64,000 nt of DNA. Origin: Deltaproteobacteria bacterium (GTDB lineage Bacteria > Myxococcota_A > Polyangia > Fen-1088). The notes beneath the pieces were generated by a model. The model saw nothing but the letters and a program-made list of their open reading frames with translations. It was not told the DNA's origin and made no database searches. Below are positions 21,611-32,800 of this stretch, one piece after another (positions within the stretch are counted from its first letter, which is position 1; each line of letters opens with the position of its first letter). A program made the position numbers and the translations under genes. The stretch spans positions 160,001 to 224,000 of the forward strand of contig JANRKS010000035.1 in NCBI GenBank assembly GCA_033763315.1, written 5' to 3'.

Positions 21611-22068
21611 CTATCGCTGCTCCCGCGGGCCGACAACCGATCAGCCACAAGGATCATCTGCAAGTGGGTGGCGTCCGCAATTGTCCCCGGAGTTCCTCGC
21701 TTCCCGAGGCTGAGGATCTGCTCTCGCCGGAGCAACACTTCGGAGCACAAGAAGTCCAGCATCAGCAACACGTCATTCTCGGTGAAGATCTCGTGTCGCA
21801 GGAGAGTGATGAGAAAGCAGATCTCGTCGTAGTAGTGGTCAAGAAGCTCATCGGTGCACGGATGAGCTTTGGGGAAACCTTTCTCCAGCATCTCCCAGAC
21901 TCTGGATGTCGCGTACTCCCACAGATCGATCTCTTGGTCCGTTGGAAACCCATCCTCGGTCGAGGTCTCACCGAGGCCCAGAGGATTGCCGAAGAAGCCG
22001 CGAGGCGAATTCTTGATGCATTCAAAAAGACGCGCGCGGGGCTCCGAGAAAATAGGCACAATTCTCAT
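21607..22068 (-). CDS. hypothetical protein
   Basis: ATGA overlaps on both sides; no recognisable motif. Confidence 0.6.
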   Translation of the reverse strand: MRIVPIFSEPRARLFECIKNSPRGFFGNPLGLGETSTEDGFPTDQEIDLWEYATSRVWEMLEKGFPKAHPCTDELLDHYYDEICFLITLLRHEIFTENDVLLMLDFLCSEVLLRREQILSLGKRGTPGTIADATHLQMILVADRLSARGSSDR

Positions 22069-23951
22069 GTCTTGCTCCAGTTTCTTGAGATCTGAGATTC
22101 GACAACCACGGGAACGTCGGGCAGATATTCCTGCATGCCAGTCACCATCTCCTCGACGACAGCGCGCTTGGCTTCGTCAGCAAGCTCGACGGGCGCCTCG
22201 ACGACGATCTCGTCGTGGACGAGATTCACAATCTGCGATCGCAAAGGACGCAGGCGCCGGTAGACGAGAGCAACGGCTCTCTTCATCCCGTCAGCGGCCG
22301 TGCCTTGGATGGGCGTGTTCAAGACCTCGGTAATCTTCGTATCCCCATCAAAAAGTCGCACACGCCCTGACGCCGTGGTGACGAACCCATCTCGCAACAA
22401 GGCCAAGCGCGCCGCCTGATGCCAGCGCGCGAGACCCCGGTAAAGCCCGAAGTACTTCTGGCGCATCAGTTGAGCCTGTGGCCGCGTGAGGATGACCTCA
22501 TACTGCGACTTGGCGTATGCAATGAAGGCCTCGGCACCCATCCCGTAGCAGAATCCGAAGTTCGCGGCTTTCGCCCGCTTTCGTTCCTCGGACGTGACAG
22601 CGTCGATCTCCTTCCCCATCACGAACGCAGCAGTTCGTTTGTGCGGATCGATCGGCGGATCGGAACAGAAGCACCGACGAAGCTCGGGTTCGCCGACCAT
22701 CTGCGCGATGACACGAAGCTCAATGGCGCCGTAGTCAGCGACGATGAGGATGCAGCCGGGACGAGCAATAAACAGGCTCCGGACATCGCCGTCTCGTGGA
22801 ACCGCCTGGATATTTGGCGCCGAACAACTCATCCGCCCAGTCGGCGCCCCAAGGGTGTGAAACGTGGGATGCAACCTCCCGTCGTGCGCAGCAGCGGCCA
22901 ACCAGGCTTGCGCATACCGATTTCGCAGAATCGCCAACTCGCGATACTCGATCACGCTCCGAGCTGCGTCGTCGTCAGGGAGTTCTCGAAGAGCTTCGGT
23001 GGCCGTTGAAGCGATGGACACGCCATGCCGGGCGGAGAATGCTTTTCGAAGCTGAGCAGGAGAATCCAGATCGAGATCTTGGGCCCCAAGTTCGTTCAGG
23101 ACGCTCGCCCCCGCCTTGACCATCGACTTGTCCCAGCGACGCATCTTCTTCTTGAGGCCGGGCACGTCCACTGCGAACCCAGCGAGTTCGATCTCCGCCA
23201 GAGGCAAGATGATCGCATTCTCCAGGTCCCACGCTTCATTCAGGGATGCCCGTTCCATCCGGTCGCGAAGTCGGGCAAACAGTCGGAACAGAAGGCCGAC
23301 ATCAAGCGCGGCGTATTGGAGTTGCTCAGTGGAGAGCTTGGGACGCCCCCAGTCCGATCGCTGCTCGGTCTTGTCCACCTCCTCGTTAAGTAGATCGCGG
23401 ACCACCGAGGCCAGGGTGTAGCGGCCTTTCTCTCCGCGTTCACCGGTGCCGAGGCAGCCCTGATCCAGAACCGCAGCGACGAACAGGTCGACCGGCCACT
23501 CGATGCGGACATCGAAATGATGGAGCAGGTTCTTGAGGTCGAACTTGATGTTGAAGCCGATGCAGGGACGATCCCGTTTCAGCAACTCACGAAGCGGTGG
23601 GGGCAAACCTCCAAGCCGCAGAAGATCGAAGATGACCACGTGCTCGGAGGACGATGCGACCTGGACCAATCGGACGCGGTTTCTATGTGGGTCCACGGCC
23701 GGCTTGTCCGACGGACCGATGGGCGCCATCGCCGAGTAGGTCTCGATGTCAAGCGCGAGAATGTCGGCCGACTCCAGCTTGTGGCAGGCGTGCGCGGCAT
23801 GGTCGAACGTTTCGACGAGTTCGAACGATGGGAAGACCGTTACCGGGGCCTGATTCCTCCCGCTCAGGCTGCCGTTGGGACATGCAGCGGGACGACCGCC
23901 AGGCGCCTGAAGCACCGCAGGTGGGGAGAGGGGGACATGACATTTATCCAT
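22065..23951 (-). CDS. family A DNA polymerase with 3'-5' exonuclease (no 5' nuclease domain), element-encoded
   Basis: ExoI LDIET, ExoII FNIKFDL, ExoIII YAALDV; TGRMSCSAPNIQ; motif A ADYGAIELR; motif B RKRAKAANFGFCYG; NTPIQGTAAD; motif C VHDEI; start ATG 23951 with GGAGG. Confidence 0.93.
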   Translation of the reverse strand: MDKCHVPLSPPAVLQAPGGRPAACPNGSLSGRNQAPVTVFPSFELVETFDHAAHACHKLESADILALDIETYSAMAPIGPSDKPAVDPHRNRVRLVQVASSSEHVVIFDLLRLGGLPPPLRELLKRDRPCIGFNIKFDLKNLLHHFDVRIEWPVDLFVAAVLDQGCLGTGERGEKGRYTLASVVRDLLNEEVDKTEQRSDWGRPKLSTEQLQYAALDVGLLFRLFARLRDRMERASLNEAWDLENAIILPLAEIELAGFAVDVPGLKKKMRRWDKSMVKAGASVLNELGAQDLDLDSPAQLRKAFSARHGVSIASTATEALRELPDDDAARSVIEYRELAILRNRYAQAWLAAAAHDGRLHPTFHTLGAPTGRMSCSAPNIQAVPRDGDVRSLFIARPGCILIVADYGAIELRVIAQMVGEPELRRCFCSDPPIDPHKRTAAFVMGKEIDAVTSEERKRAKAANFGFCYGMGAEAFIAYAKSQYEVILTRPQAQLMRQKYFGLYRGLARWHQAARLALLRDGFVTTASGRVRLFDGDTKITEVLNTPIQGTAADGMKRAVALVYRRLRPLRSQIVNLVHDEIVVEAPVELADEAKRAVVEEMVTGMQEYLPDVPVVVESQISRNWSKT

Positions 23952-26814
23952 TGGTTCCGCCCCCCTCCGCCCCGCCGTCCCCGCCGTGAGAGGTGCCACT
24001 GCTGTGAGGTGTCCCAGCTGGCCCACTTGTCCCGTCGGCAGGGTCTGCTCGTAATCCGCCGCGTTCGTCGGAGCCCGACTCTCCAGGAGCCGTCGGATTC
24101 GACGCATGGGCCGCGGGACTCTTCGGCGGTACCACGATGTCCGCCACCGACCGGCGCTTCTTGACCGGAGTCGCTGGCGAGGGAGGCTGAGCAGGCTTCG
24201 TCTCGGCCGAGGCCGCGGCGTACGGCAAGACAATCCAGTACGCCCGTGGGCGCTGCGGCCCCAACTCGCTCGTGTGCCGAGTCATGTGGTTGGAGTCTCC
24301 AGGAATCAGGTCCCCTCGATCCCTGAGCCCAGCCATGACCTCCTCGACATTGAACTCGTGTTTCCTTGCGAGTTCGACCAGGGGGCCCCGCATGATCGCG
24401 ACGACCCGTCGTCCTTTGGACTCCCTGGGATCGACCTTGTCGGGCTCGATGAACGCGCCGATGCGGCGCTGACTTCCGCCTTCGAGCGCAAGCTCGTTCT
24501 CGCTGATGAGGCCGAGGATGGCGTCATACCCTGCGTCCACTGGGTCCACGGCCGAATCGGGGGCGTTCCTCGCCAGTGCCCGAATCTCCCGCCCTGTGGT
24601 GAGAGCCGCGGCGTGCGCGACCTCGGCCGGTTCGCCAAGAACGATCGTTTGCGCCAGGTAGTCCGCCAGGCAGAGGGCGGCTATGTGAAGGGTCGTCTCG
24701 TCTGGGCGATCGGCGAGGTCCCGCGCGAACTCGTCGAACGTCTTCCTCAGCCGAAATGTCTCGCTCGGTCGGATGTACCGGTCAATCAGGCCTTGGATGA
24801 ACGACGGCCCGGTGTGCCCGTGATGCTGAGCCAACTCCCGATGGAGGCTGGCGGCGAATTCGGGGCTCGCGAATGGAACCTCGCGGAACTCAACGGTTCG
24901 ATTCCGCGCCCCTTTCGCGCTGCCGGCCCGCAGAAGCGGGTGCTCGCCGCTGATCGTCGCGACCACGACCCAATCCCTGATGGCCTGCATGCCGCCACCG
25001 GCGGTGCCGCGCGCCCGGCCGGTCTCGCCACCAACCTGGTAGGCGAGCAGGTCCAGAATCTGCTGGTTTCGCGTCTGCTGGGTGTCGTCGATCCACAAGA
25101 CGTTGTCCCGGTACTGGGCAAGGGCAGCCTCCATCGCCGTCGACGTGGCATCGCCCGTGATCTTGAGCCCCTCGGGACGCCCCCACGGAGAAACGGCCAG
25201 CGCCTGCGCGGCTGATTTGCCCCCTCCAGAGTTCGACCACACCGATAGAGCAAAGCTCCTTCGGCCGATCAGTCGCAGGATGGGCCCGGCGTATCCTGCT
25301 GCCCAGAAGACGCGTGCGACGGGCGACTTTCTTCGCGCCTCGCGGCACAGATCCAGGTACGACTCAATTCGCCCTCGCGCCTCCTGAGCATCGAGCACCT
25401 TGTCACCGGTCTCTAGAATCGGCCATCCCTCACTTCCGATGACCTTGCGTCCGAACACGTAGGACCCGAGGTCTCTGGTCCATCCAGGTTTTGTAAAAAC
25501 CTGGACCTCGGGAATGCGGTGCTTGTGGAATTGCTCCTGCCTCTGGAGAAACATCTGCACGACGGGCCGATTCGCCTGCTGCACCGGCGCGCCGTGCGCC
25601 GCAAGCTCGATGATCTCGGGACTTGAGAGCTGCAATCGGGGCACACGACGAACGACCTCCCGGTCCCGGTGTTTGAACCGGACGGCAGAGTAGACCGTCT
25701 GATCCTCTGCTATCCCGATGGCGACGATATTGATTGGTGCGCTTGTGATCGGGGTCGGATCTTTGCTCTCGTGGTTCTTCCAAAGGCCGGCTCGCGGCCC
25801 ATCGGCCACAATGAAGAATCCGGGCGCGCCCATCCAACCGTCGGAGTCGTCCTCATCGTCCGCGTTTTGGGAGTGCCTGGCAAACGTCGTGGTCTTCAGG
25901 AGCGCTTTGAGGTCACGGACTTTCCGCCCCAAGAGGCGCGCCGCCTCGTTCACCCACATGGCTTTTTGATCTGGATCTTGCTGGCATGCGAATGGGATTG
26001 CACGGTTCAACTCCAGTTGCTGGCGCTCCAAGCTCCAGGCACGCCACCTCTTTGCCAGCCACTCGACGAGGTTCGCTTGCGGGTCCGTAGGCCTGGTCGC
26101 GTCCACGACTCGCGCCCTCAGTGCCTGGCCGTCACGACCTCCGCGATTGTAGGCGTCATCAAGCCCCAGCTTCTGCCCGCGGTCGCTGTCGAGAAACGCG
26201 ATGCATGAGTCCGAGCCAACCGCACGAAGCATGCTCGCCAAGCGAACGGCGGCGTTCATCACGTTCGGGTTGGCGTCGATGTCGGAATCGAACAGGATCA
26301 CGGTCTTGCGTCCTCGCGGAACGAGCGCGCCGAGGTCACCATGGAGGACCGGCCCCTCATCGCTCTGCCGCTCCCTTTTTTGGTGGAATGTGTTCACGCC
26401 GGGTGCAGCCGCAGCCGCCATGCCCAACTGATTGGCGACCAACGCCTTCTTCTCGCCCTCCAGCAAGTACAGCGGCTCGGCCGGGTCTCCGATGGCCGAG
26501 TTCACGTCACGAGGTACGTAGATCCGCGGCGGGATACCGCGGGGGGCCTCGTACTTCACTTTGCGATCCCGGTGGCGTTCCACACGAGGAGAGTCCGGCC
26601 GGTATCGAACGTAGTCGGTGCCCGGGTAGGAAAAGCGAAGCGCCGGCACGGGCGGCTTTGGCCCAATGGTCTCCCACCGCAACTCAGCCCGCATGACCTC
26701 GGGATCGGTCACAGACGTGATGCCCGCCATATCGATGGTCGCATCCAACAGCCCCTCACCGCGGAGGTACTCCAGATGGGCAGGCAGGATCTGCGGGCCG
26801 TTCGCGCCGATCAT
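23944..26814 (-). CDS. primase-helicase-like replication protein (DUF3854/TOPRIM + DUF927 + P-loop)
   Basis: KVKYEAP, LLEGEKKA, ILFDSD, GLDD TOPRIM-like motifs; KPGW; Walker A SNSGGGKS; WIDD; HHGHTGPSFI; start ATG 26814 overlapping xis stop. Confidence 0.8.
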   Translation of the reverse strand: MIGANGPQILPAHLEYLRGEGLLDATIDMAGITSVTDPEVMRAELRWETIGPKPPVPALRFSYPGTDYVRYRPDSPRVERHRDRKVKYEAPRGIPPRIYVPRDVNSAIGDPAEPLYLLEGEKKALVANQLGMAAAAAPGVNTFHQKRERQSDEGPVLHGDLGALVPRGRKTVILFDSDIDANPNVMNAAVRLASMLRAVGSDSCIAFLDSDRGQKLGLDDAYNRGGRDGQALRARVVDATRPTDPQANLVEWLAKRWRAWSLERQQLELNRAIPFACQQDPDQKAMWVNEAARLLGRKVRDLKALLKTTTFARHSQNADDEDDSDGWMGAPGFFIVADGPRAGLWKNHESKDPTPITSAPINIVAIGIAEDQTVYSAVRFKHRDREVVRRVPRLQLSSPEIIELAAHGAPVQQANRPVVQMFLQRQEQFHKHRIPEVQVFTKPGWTRDLGSYVFGRKVIGSEGWPILETGDKVLDAQEARGRIESYLDLCREARRKSPVARVFWAAGYAGPILRLIGRRSFALSVWSNSGGGKSAAQALAVSPWGRPEGLKITGDATSTAMEAALAQYRDNVLWIDDTQQTRNQQILDLLAYQVGGETGRARGTAGGGMQAIRDWVVVATISGEHPLLRAGSAKGARNRTVEFREVPFASPEFAASLHRELAQHHGHTGPSFIQGLIDRYIRPSETFRLRKTFDEFARDLADRPDETTLHIAALCLADYLAQTIVLGEPAEVAHAAALTTGREIRALARNAPDSAVDPVDAGYDAILGLISENELALEGGSQRRIGAFIEPDKVDPRESKGRRVVAIMRGPLVELARKHEFNVEEVMAGLRDRGDLIPGDSNHMTRHTSELGPQRPRAYWIVLPYAAASAETKPAQPPSPATPVKKRRSVADIVVPPKSPAAHASNPTAPGESGSDERGGLRADPADGTSGPAGTPHSSGTSHGGDGGAEGGGTNG

Positions 26815-27014
26815 GATCGGCCTCTCAGCTTGCGCAGTGGAAGGGCCTCGCGCCGCGATCCCTCGATGAAGGCCTCGAGGTCGCAGCGCTGAATCAATCT
26901 TCGTCGACCCAGCTTCACGCTGGCGAGGCGGCGGGTCTGGACCCAGCTGCGCACGGTGCCCAGGGGCGCCCCCGTTTCGGCTGCAACGTCCGATATTTTC
27001 AAGAACCGGCTCAT
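26811..27014 (-). CDS. excisionase family HTH_17 protein
   Basis: FLKISDVAAETG..TVRSW..LASVKLGRRRLI..DLEAFI. Confidence 0.85.
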   Translation of the reverse strand: MSRFLKISDVAAETGAPLGTVRSWVQTRRLASVKLGRRRLIQRCDLEAFIEGSRREALPLRKLRGRS

Positions 27015-27098
27015 GCCGGTGGTTATCTGCGAATGCCGGCTGTCGCGCGATAACAGGAGTGACGGCGTTGCTGTTCTTGCGGGTTCGGCGAAGGATCG

Positions 27099-27884
27099 CT
27101 ACGGGCGATACACCCAAACACCCGGCGGGTGCCGCTGGTGCTTGTGAGCCTCAAGTAGCTTGACCGTTACCGATGTGGCCTTGGCCAGGCTGGAGCCCCG
27201 CGCCGCCCGCCCCAACTGCACGCGCAACGCCTCGGGTGATCGTGATTCGCTCAGACGGGCGTCGTCGCTCCATCCAAGCTCCAAAATATCGCTCATGACT
27301 TCAAACATCGATCGGTGGCGCCGAGTGCCCGACGTGAGGAGTCCGTGCTCGCGAAGCACGGCGGCCAGGAGGACCAACAAGTCATCGAAGTTGCGCCGTC
27401 TCCCGTCCTTTCCGCGTGTGGTGGAGCGCGAGAAAACTTCGCTTGACCGGGCGTGCGCCTGCCAAGGCCATTGTCTTTCGCCCACGATCTCGCCCCGGGC
27501 GTCGACAATGACGGTCCCTGGCGGCGATTCTCTTTCGTAGGTGTCGACGGAGAAGATTCGGTCGCTGTCGAGCCGCGACTCCAACTCGATAGCGAGTTCC
27601 AGGGTGTGCGGCTCCCAGGAGAAATGCCCGAGGAGCGCTTTCAGGGTCTCCCAATGGGAGCGGACCCTGCCCCATACCTTGCGAAGGGGGCCGGGCATTG
27701 AGGCGCACAGCTCGATCGCCACCGCGATGGGCTCTGCGGCATCTTGGGGAAGTCCCTTGATCTCGCGAATCATCTTCAATAATTCTTGGTGTTCGAGGTA
27801 CTGCCACCCGTCCGCGAGACCCTGTTCACGTGATCTGGGGCGGCCACGCGACGCCGGTCGCTTCCGGTTCTTGGTCCTGCGCAT
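27099..27884 (-). CDS. hypothetical protein
   Basis: 261-aa ORF preceded by AGGAAG; no recognisable motif. Confidence 0.55.
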   Translation of the reverse strand: MRRTKNRKRPASRGRPRSREQGLADGWQYLEHQELLKMIREIKGLPQDAAEPIAVAIELCASMPGPLRKVWGRVRSHWETLKALLGHFSWEPHTLELAIELESRLDSDRIFSVDTYERESPPGTVIVDARGEIVGERQWPWQAHARSSEVFSRSTTRGKDGRRRNFDDLLVLLAAVLREHGLLTSGTRRHRSMFEVMSDILELGWSDDARLSESRSPEALRVQLGRAARGSSLAKATSVTVKLLEAHKHQRHPPGVWVYRP

Positions 27885-27895
27885 TGGGCGGAAGA

Positions 27896-28665
27896 CTATC
27901 GAACTTCCTTGCGCCCGGGGTCTGGATCAGAGCGCCGCTGTGCCGCGTTCGCGATCTCTCGATCCAACTCGGCGATCTGCGCCTTCTCCTCGTCGCTCAG
28001 CTCTTCGCCGCCAAGCCGCCGTCGCAGCTCGCGCTCCAACTCTCGATCGGCTTGGCGCGCAATGTGGTTCCGAAGAGCGCGCTCGAAGCTCTCCGGAGTC
28101 GCAGGCTCGTCGTTCCAATCCAGGAGGCGCCGAACTCGCGCGAAGGACTTCGGAGGCAGGACCCACTCCGGTCCCAGCGACTTGTACGACGCCCAGAGCG
28201 CGACGGCCTGAGCGGGGGCCAGCGACAGGTTGATGACGGCCTCGCGAGGAGACGCCCCCTCCTCGAAGAGCTTGAATGCCTTGGCGGCCACAGCGCCCTC
28301 GACGTGAACGTCGGGTACAGCCGCAGGGGGATCGACGACTCCAGTCGCGGGAACAGCGAATGAAGGACGAAACACACGGGCCACTCGCGTCCGAGGAATC
28401 ACCTTGTGAGCGCGATTCAATCGATCGATTCGCGCCGCCTCCTGTTCCACCTCGGCGCGCGAAAACAGCTTTCTTGGCTGGCATGTTGTCCCTGGCGCTT
28501 GGCCACGACCGGATGCAAATAGCCTTGCGCGACGCGGAGACGTACCGTGCTCGGCGCGAGCCCAAGGCGCTCGGCGGTTTCTTCTAACGTCATGGCGCCC
28601 GCGGTTTCTGCGGTCTTGTCGTTTGCGCCTTCTGAGGCTGCTTCGGTTTCGAGGTTTGTGCGCAT
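27896..28665 (-). pseudogene. HTH DNA-binding protein split by an apparent -1 frameshift near 28470-28490
   Basis: N-terminal HTH (MTLEETAERLGLAPSTVRLRVAQGYLHP) is in the 28417..28665 frame; the continuation (RKLFSRAEVE...AAKAFKLFEEGASPREAVI) is in the 27896..28675 frame. Confidence 0.55.
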
Positions 28666-28801
28666 TGGTTGTCACCTCACATGCTGATTGTGCAGTTGCA
28701 GGAAAGCGGCGCCACGCCGTCCCGGTGACCCGTCCGGAGCTTGGGCGGGGGAGAAGTCGGACGGCGTGGCGCCAAATTCACGTGGGCCGATCCGAAGGGG
28801 A

Positions 28802-29401
28802 TCAGCGCTTGTTCTTCGGCGTACCCCGCGCGCCGAACTGGCGCTCGGTGGACGAGTCGAGAGGCGCGGACGCCGCTGGTGCCATGGTCACCTCGGCGGA
28901 GGTCGGCCCAGCGGGAGCCACGTACCTGTCGACGCTGTCCGGCGCAATTGGCGCGGGAGGCGCGGATGCGGCGAGGCGAACATCGCTCGAAAGGTCCACC
29001 ACCGGACCGCTGAACATGAACGCCGCAGGCTGGTTTGTAGCCGGCGCTGCCGCCCCCACGCGCGCGAGGTAAACGTCCCCCGTAGCCATCACCGGGGGCG
29101 ACGGAACAATCTGAACCATCGTCCCGCCCACGCTTACCGGCGTCCGGGGCGCCGGTGCCTCACCCCACGGCGACCATGGACGTTGAGGGACCGTTACCTC
29201 GGTTGCGTTGTTGAGCGGTTGACCTGGCGGCGGTCCCCCATGGGCCCACGCTGGAATCGTGGCGTCCCCCGATGCGATGGGCGGCGCCTCAGCCGGCGCA
29301 AACCTCACGTCGACCGAGCCCACGTGGACCGTCGGTGCCTCCGTAGGACCCGAACGGGAACTCGACGGCGGAACCAGGGCGCCAATGAAGACCTCAGCCA
29401 C
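28802..29401 (-). CDS. Pro/Ala-rich hypothetical protein (start uncertain)
   Basis: 199-aa ORF only; weak start context. Confidence 0.3.
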   Translation of the reverse strand: MAEVFIGALVPPSSSRSGPTEAPTVHVGSVDVRFAPAEAPPIASGDATIPAWAHGGPPPGQPLNNATEVTVPQRPWSPWGEAPAPRTPVSVGGTMVQIVPSPPVMATGDVYLARVGAAAPATNQPAAFMFSGPVVDLSSDVRLAASAPPAPIAPDSVDRYVAPAGPTSAEVTMAPAASAPLDSSTERQFGARGTPKNKR

Positions 29402-29812
29402 GACAGCACCGGCCTGGCCGCCGATGCGGCCCCTTCATCTTGCACATGTTTTTCTTTCCCCGAGGCGGGCTGAAGGGGCTCGTGGCCACCCGACTCGGAC
29501 GTTGCGCTCGTCACCTGACGAGCGTGAGCAAAGTCTGCGCGCCTCACTACGACGCTGCAAGGGGGCGAGCCGCGCGACCTTGATCTTTCTCTGTCCACAG
29601 AAGTTGCGGTTCTGATTGATCTGGGGCACGCCCGGGGAGTAACCTGACGCGCCGTTTTGTCTCGGAATGTCGGCTACTTCCGGGACTGAGGCTTCGACGA
29701 GAGGAACCGAAGTGGAAGCCGCACCGCATCCAAGATCCAAGCTCCGTCCACCACCGGCCTGGCCGGGCGGCCTTTCTTGCCCTCGCTGGACTACGCCGAG
29801 GGGTCCGCATTC

Positions 29813-32800
29813 ATGAGCCCAGCGGATCTGAAGCCAGGGGTCGTGGTGCGTGGCCCGATGCTGCCGGAGCCCATTGAGGTTCTCGTTGTGTCCGTCCTCG
29901 CCGACATGGTCAAGGTGACCGGCGCTGGGCAGAAGACAGGCCAAGTCCATCAGCGCGTACTTCATCCAGACCAGCTCCGCCTCCTTCAAGCGACGCCCGA
30001 GAAGGAGCCCTTCGACGGCGATCCGTTGCACTTCAAGCTCGGCGTCGAGGCGGCGCGCCTCGGGCTGGCGTACGAATACGACCCGTACTTCTCGCTGTCG
30101 ATCGCGCGCGTCGATCCGCTGCCTCACCAGCTGGAGGCCGTTTACGACTACTTCTTGAAGCTACCCCGCATCCGATTCCTGCTCGCGGATGATCCTGGCG
30201 CGGGCAAGACGATCATGGCGGGCCTGCTTCTCAAGGAGCTGAAGGTCCGGGGGCTCGTGAAGCGGACGCTCATCGTTGCGCCCGCAAACCTCACGTTTCA
30301 GTGGCAACGCGAGCTGAAGGACAAGTTCCGCGAACAGTTCGATGTCATGCGCGGCGAGGTGCTGCGCACGCAGTACGGGCAGAATCCCTGGCAGGAAAGC
30401 AACCAGGTCGTCACCTCGGTTTCGTGGATCTCGCGCGTCGAAGACGCAAAGGAGAGCCTGCTGCGCTCGCAATGGGACCTCGTCATCGTCGACGAGGCTC
30501 ACAAGATGAGCGCGTACAGTGCCGACAAGAAGACGCTTGCCTTCCAAATCGGCGAGGCTCTGTCTCAGCGCACCGACCACTTCCTGCTGATGACGGCGAC
30601 ACCACACAAGGGTGATCCCGAGAACTTCCGTCTGTTCCTCAGCCTTCTCGACCGCGACGTTTACGGAGATGTGAAGAGCCTTGAGGAGGCTATGCGCCGC
30701 CACGAGGCGCCGTTCTATCTCCGCCGCTTGAAGGAAGCGCTCGTTGCATTTCCCGATCCGGAAACCGGCGAGGTCAAGAAGCTCTTCACGAACCGCGACG
30801 TGCGGACGACCAAGTTTGAACTCGACGGCGAAGAGTTCGACTTCTACGACGCTCTCACCCGGTACGTCGAGGACCAGTCAATCAAGGCCGCCGCCGCCGA
30901 GAACGTTCAGGCCAACATCCTGGGCTTCCAAATGGCGATGTTGCAGCGTCGCTTCGCCTCAAGCGTGTACGCCGTGCGCCGCAGCCTTGAGCGCATGCGG
31001 GACAAGCGAAGAAAGATCCTCGACGACCCAGAGGGTCATCGGCAGCACCTGATCGAGCGCAAGCTCCCCGATGACTTCGACGACCTGCCCGAGGACGAGC
31101 AGTCGAAGATCATGCAGAGCGCGGAGGAGGCGGTTCTCATCGTCGACCCAATCGCACTGCGCGAGGAAATCCAGCGCCTCGATAAGCTCGTCGACCTGGC
31201 GCGCGCTCTGGAGAAGCGCGAGGTCGAGTCCAAGCTCAACAAGCTGAAGCAGGTTCTTAACGAGCAGCAGGTCTTCAGTGACCCTCGAATGAAGCTGCTG
31301 GTGTTCACCGAACACAAGGACACGCTCGACTACCTCGCGGGCGACGGAAAGGACGGGCGCCCGCTGGGCAAGCTTCGTGAGTGGGGCCTCTCCTGCACGC
31401 AGATCCACGGCGGCATGCCCATTGGCGACCGCGACACACCCAATACCCGCATCTATGCCGAGCGCGAGTTCCGCGAGGACGCGCAGATACTCGTGGCCAC
31501 CGAGGCGGCGGGGGAAGGCATCAACCTCCAGTTCTGCTGGTTGATGATCAACTATGACATCCCGTGGAACCCGGTGCGGCTCGAACAGCGCATGGGCCGC
31601 ATCCACCGCTACGGCCAGCAGAAGGACTGCCTCATCTTCAATTTCGCTGCCATCAACACGCGTGAGGGCCGCGTACTTGAGAAGCTCCTGATGCGCCTTG
31701 CGGAGATTAAGGAGGAACTCGGCACCGACAAGGTCTTCGATGTTGTCGGTGAAATGCTTCCGTCGAATGCGCTGGAAAAGATGTTTCGCGAGATGTACGC
31801 GAAACGGCTCGATGTCACGGACATCTCCGACCGCATCGTGAAGGACATCGATCCCGAACGCTTCAAGCGCATTACGGGCTCGACGCTCGAAGGCCTTGCC
31901 AAGAAGGAACTGAATCTTTCAGCACTCGTAGGGAAATCGGTGGAAGCGAAGGAGCGGCGGTTGGTCCCCGAGGTAGTCGAGGACTTCTTCATCCACGCTG
32001 GGCCAGTCGCAGGCGTTCACCCGACCCCGGTGCGTGGAAAGGACCACGTGTTCAAGGTGGGCAAGGTGCCGAAGACGTTGAGCGCGATCGGTGAGAGGCT
32101 GGAACCCCGTTTCGGCAAGCTTGGCCGTGAATACCAGCGGGTTGTATTCGACAAACGTCTGCTGGGCGACGACGCAACCCTGGAATGGGTCACGCCAGGT
32201 CACCCGCTGTTCGAGGTGGTGCGCAGTGATGTGGCCGATCGGGTACAGGACGATCTCCGGCGCGGGGCGGTCCTGTGGGACTTGCACGCGAAGGCGCCGT
32301 ACCGACTGGACGTGTTCGCCGCTTCGATCAAGGACGGCCGGGGCAACACGCTGCACAAGAAGCTTTTCGTCGTCCGTGCCGACGCGGACGGAAAGCTGTC
32401 GGTACGCCAACCAACGCTCTTCCTCGATCTCATCGTCTCTGAGCGCGGCACGTCGGTGCCCACGCTACCGGGCCTTCCGGAACGCGACATCGTTGAGGGC
32501 TATCTGGTTCACAACGCGCTCACCCCTTTCCTCTCCGATGTGGCGAACCAGCGCACGCAAGAAAACTCCGTGGTTCGAAAGCACATCGAGATCTCGCTCA
32601 ACACGCTTATCGACAAACAGCAGATCAAACTTGGCGAACAGCTCGAACGGCGTGTCGAGGGTCAGGTCATCCCTGCCGTCGAAGGAAACATCAAGCAGGC
32701 CGAGGACCACTTGGACGAACTGAACGCTCGCCTTGAAAGCCGGCGCCAGGAACTGGAGATGGAGAGCCACTGCTCCATCGGTGATGTGCAGCATCTCGGG

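Noticed and set aside
22065-23951. Host housekeeping polA
   Set aside because: It lacks the 5'-3' nuclease domain and is coupled to primase and int inside the element.
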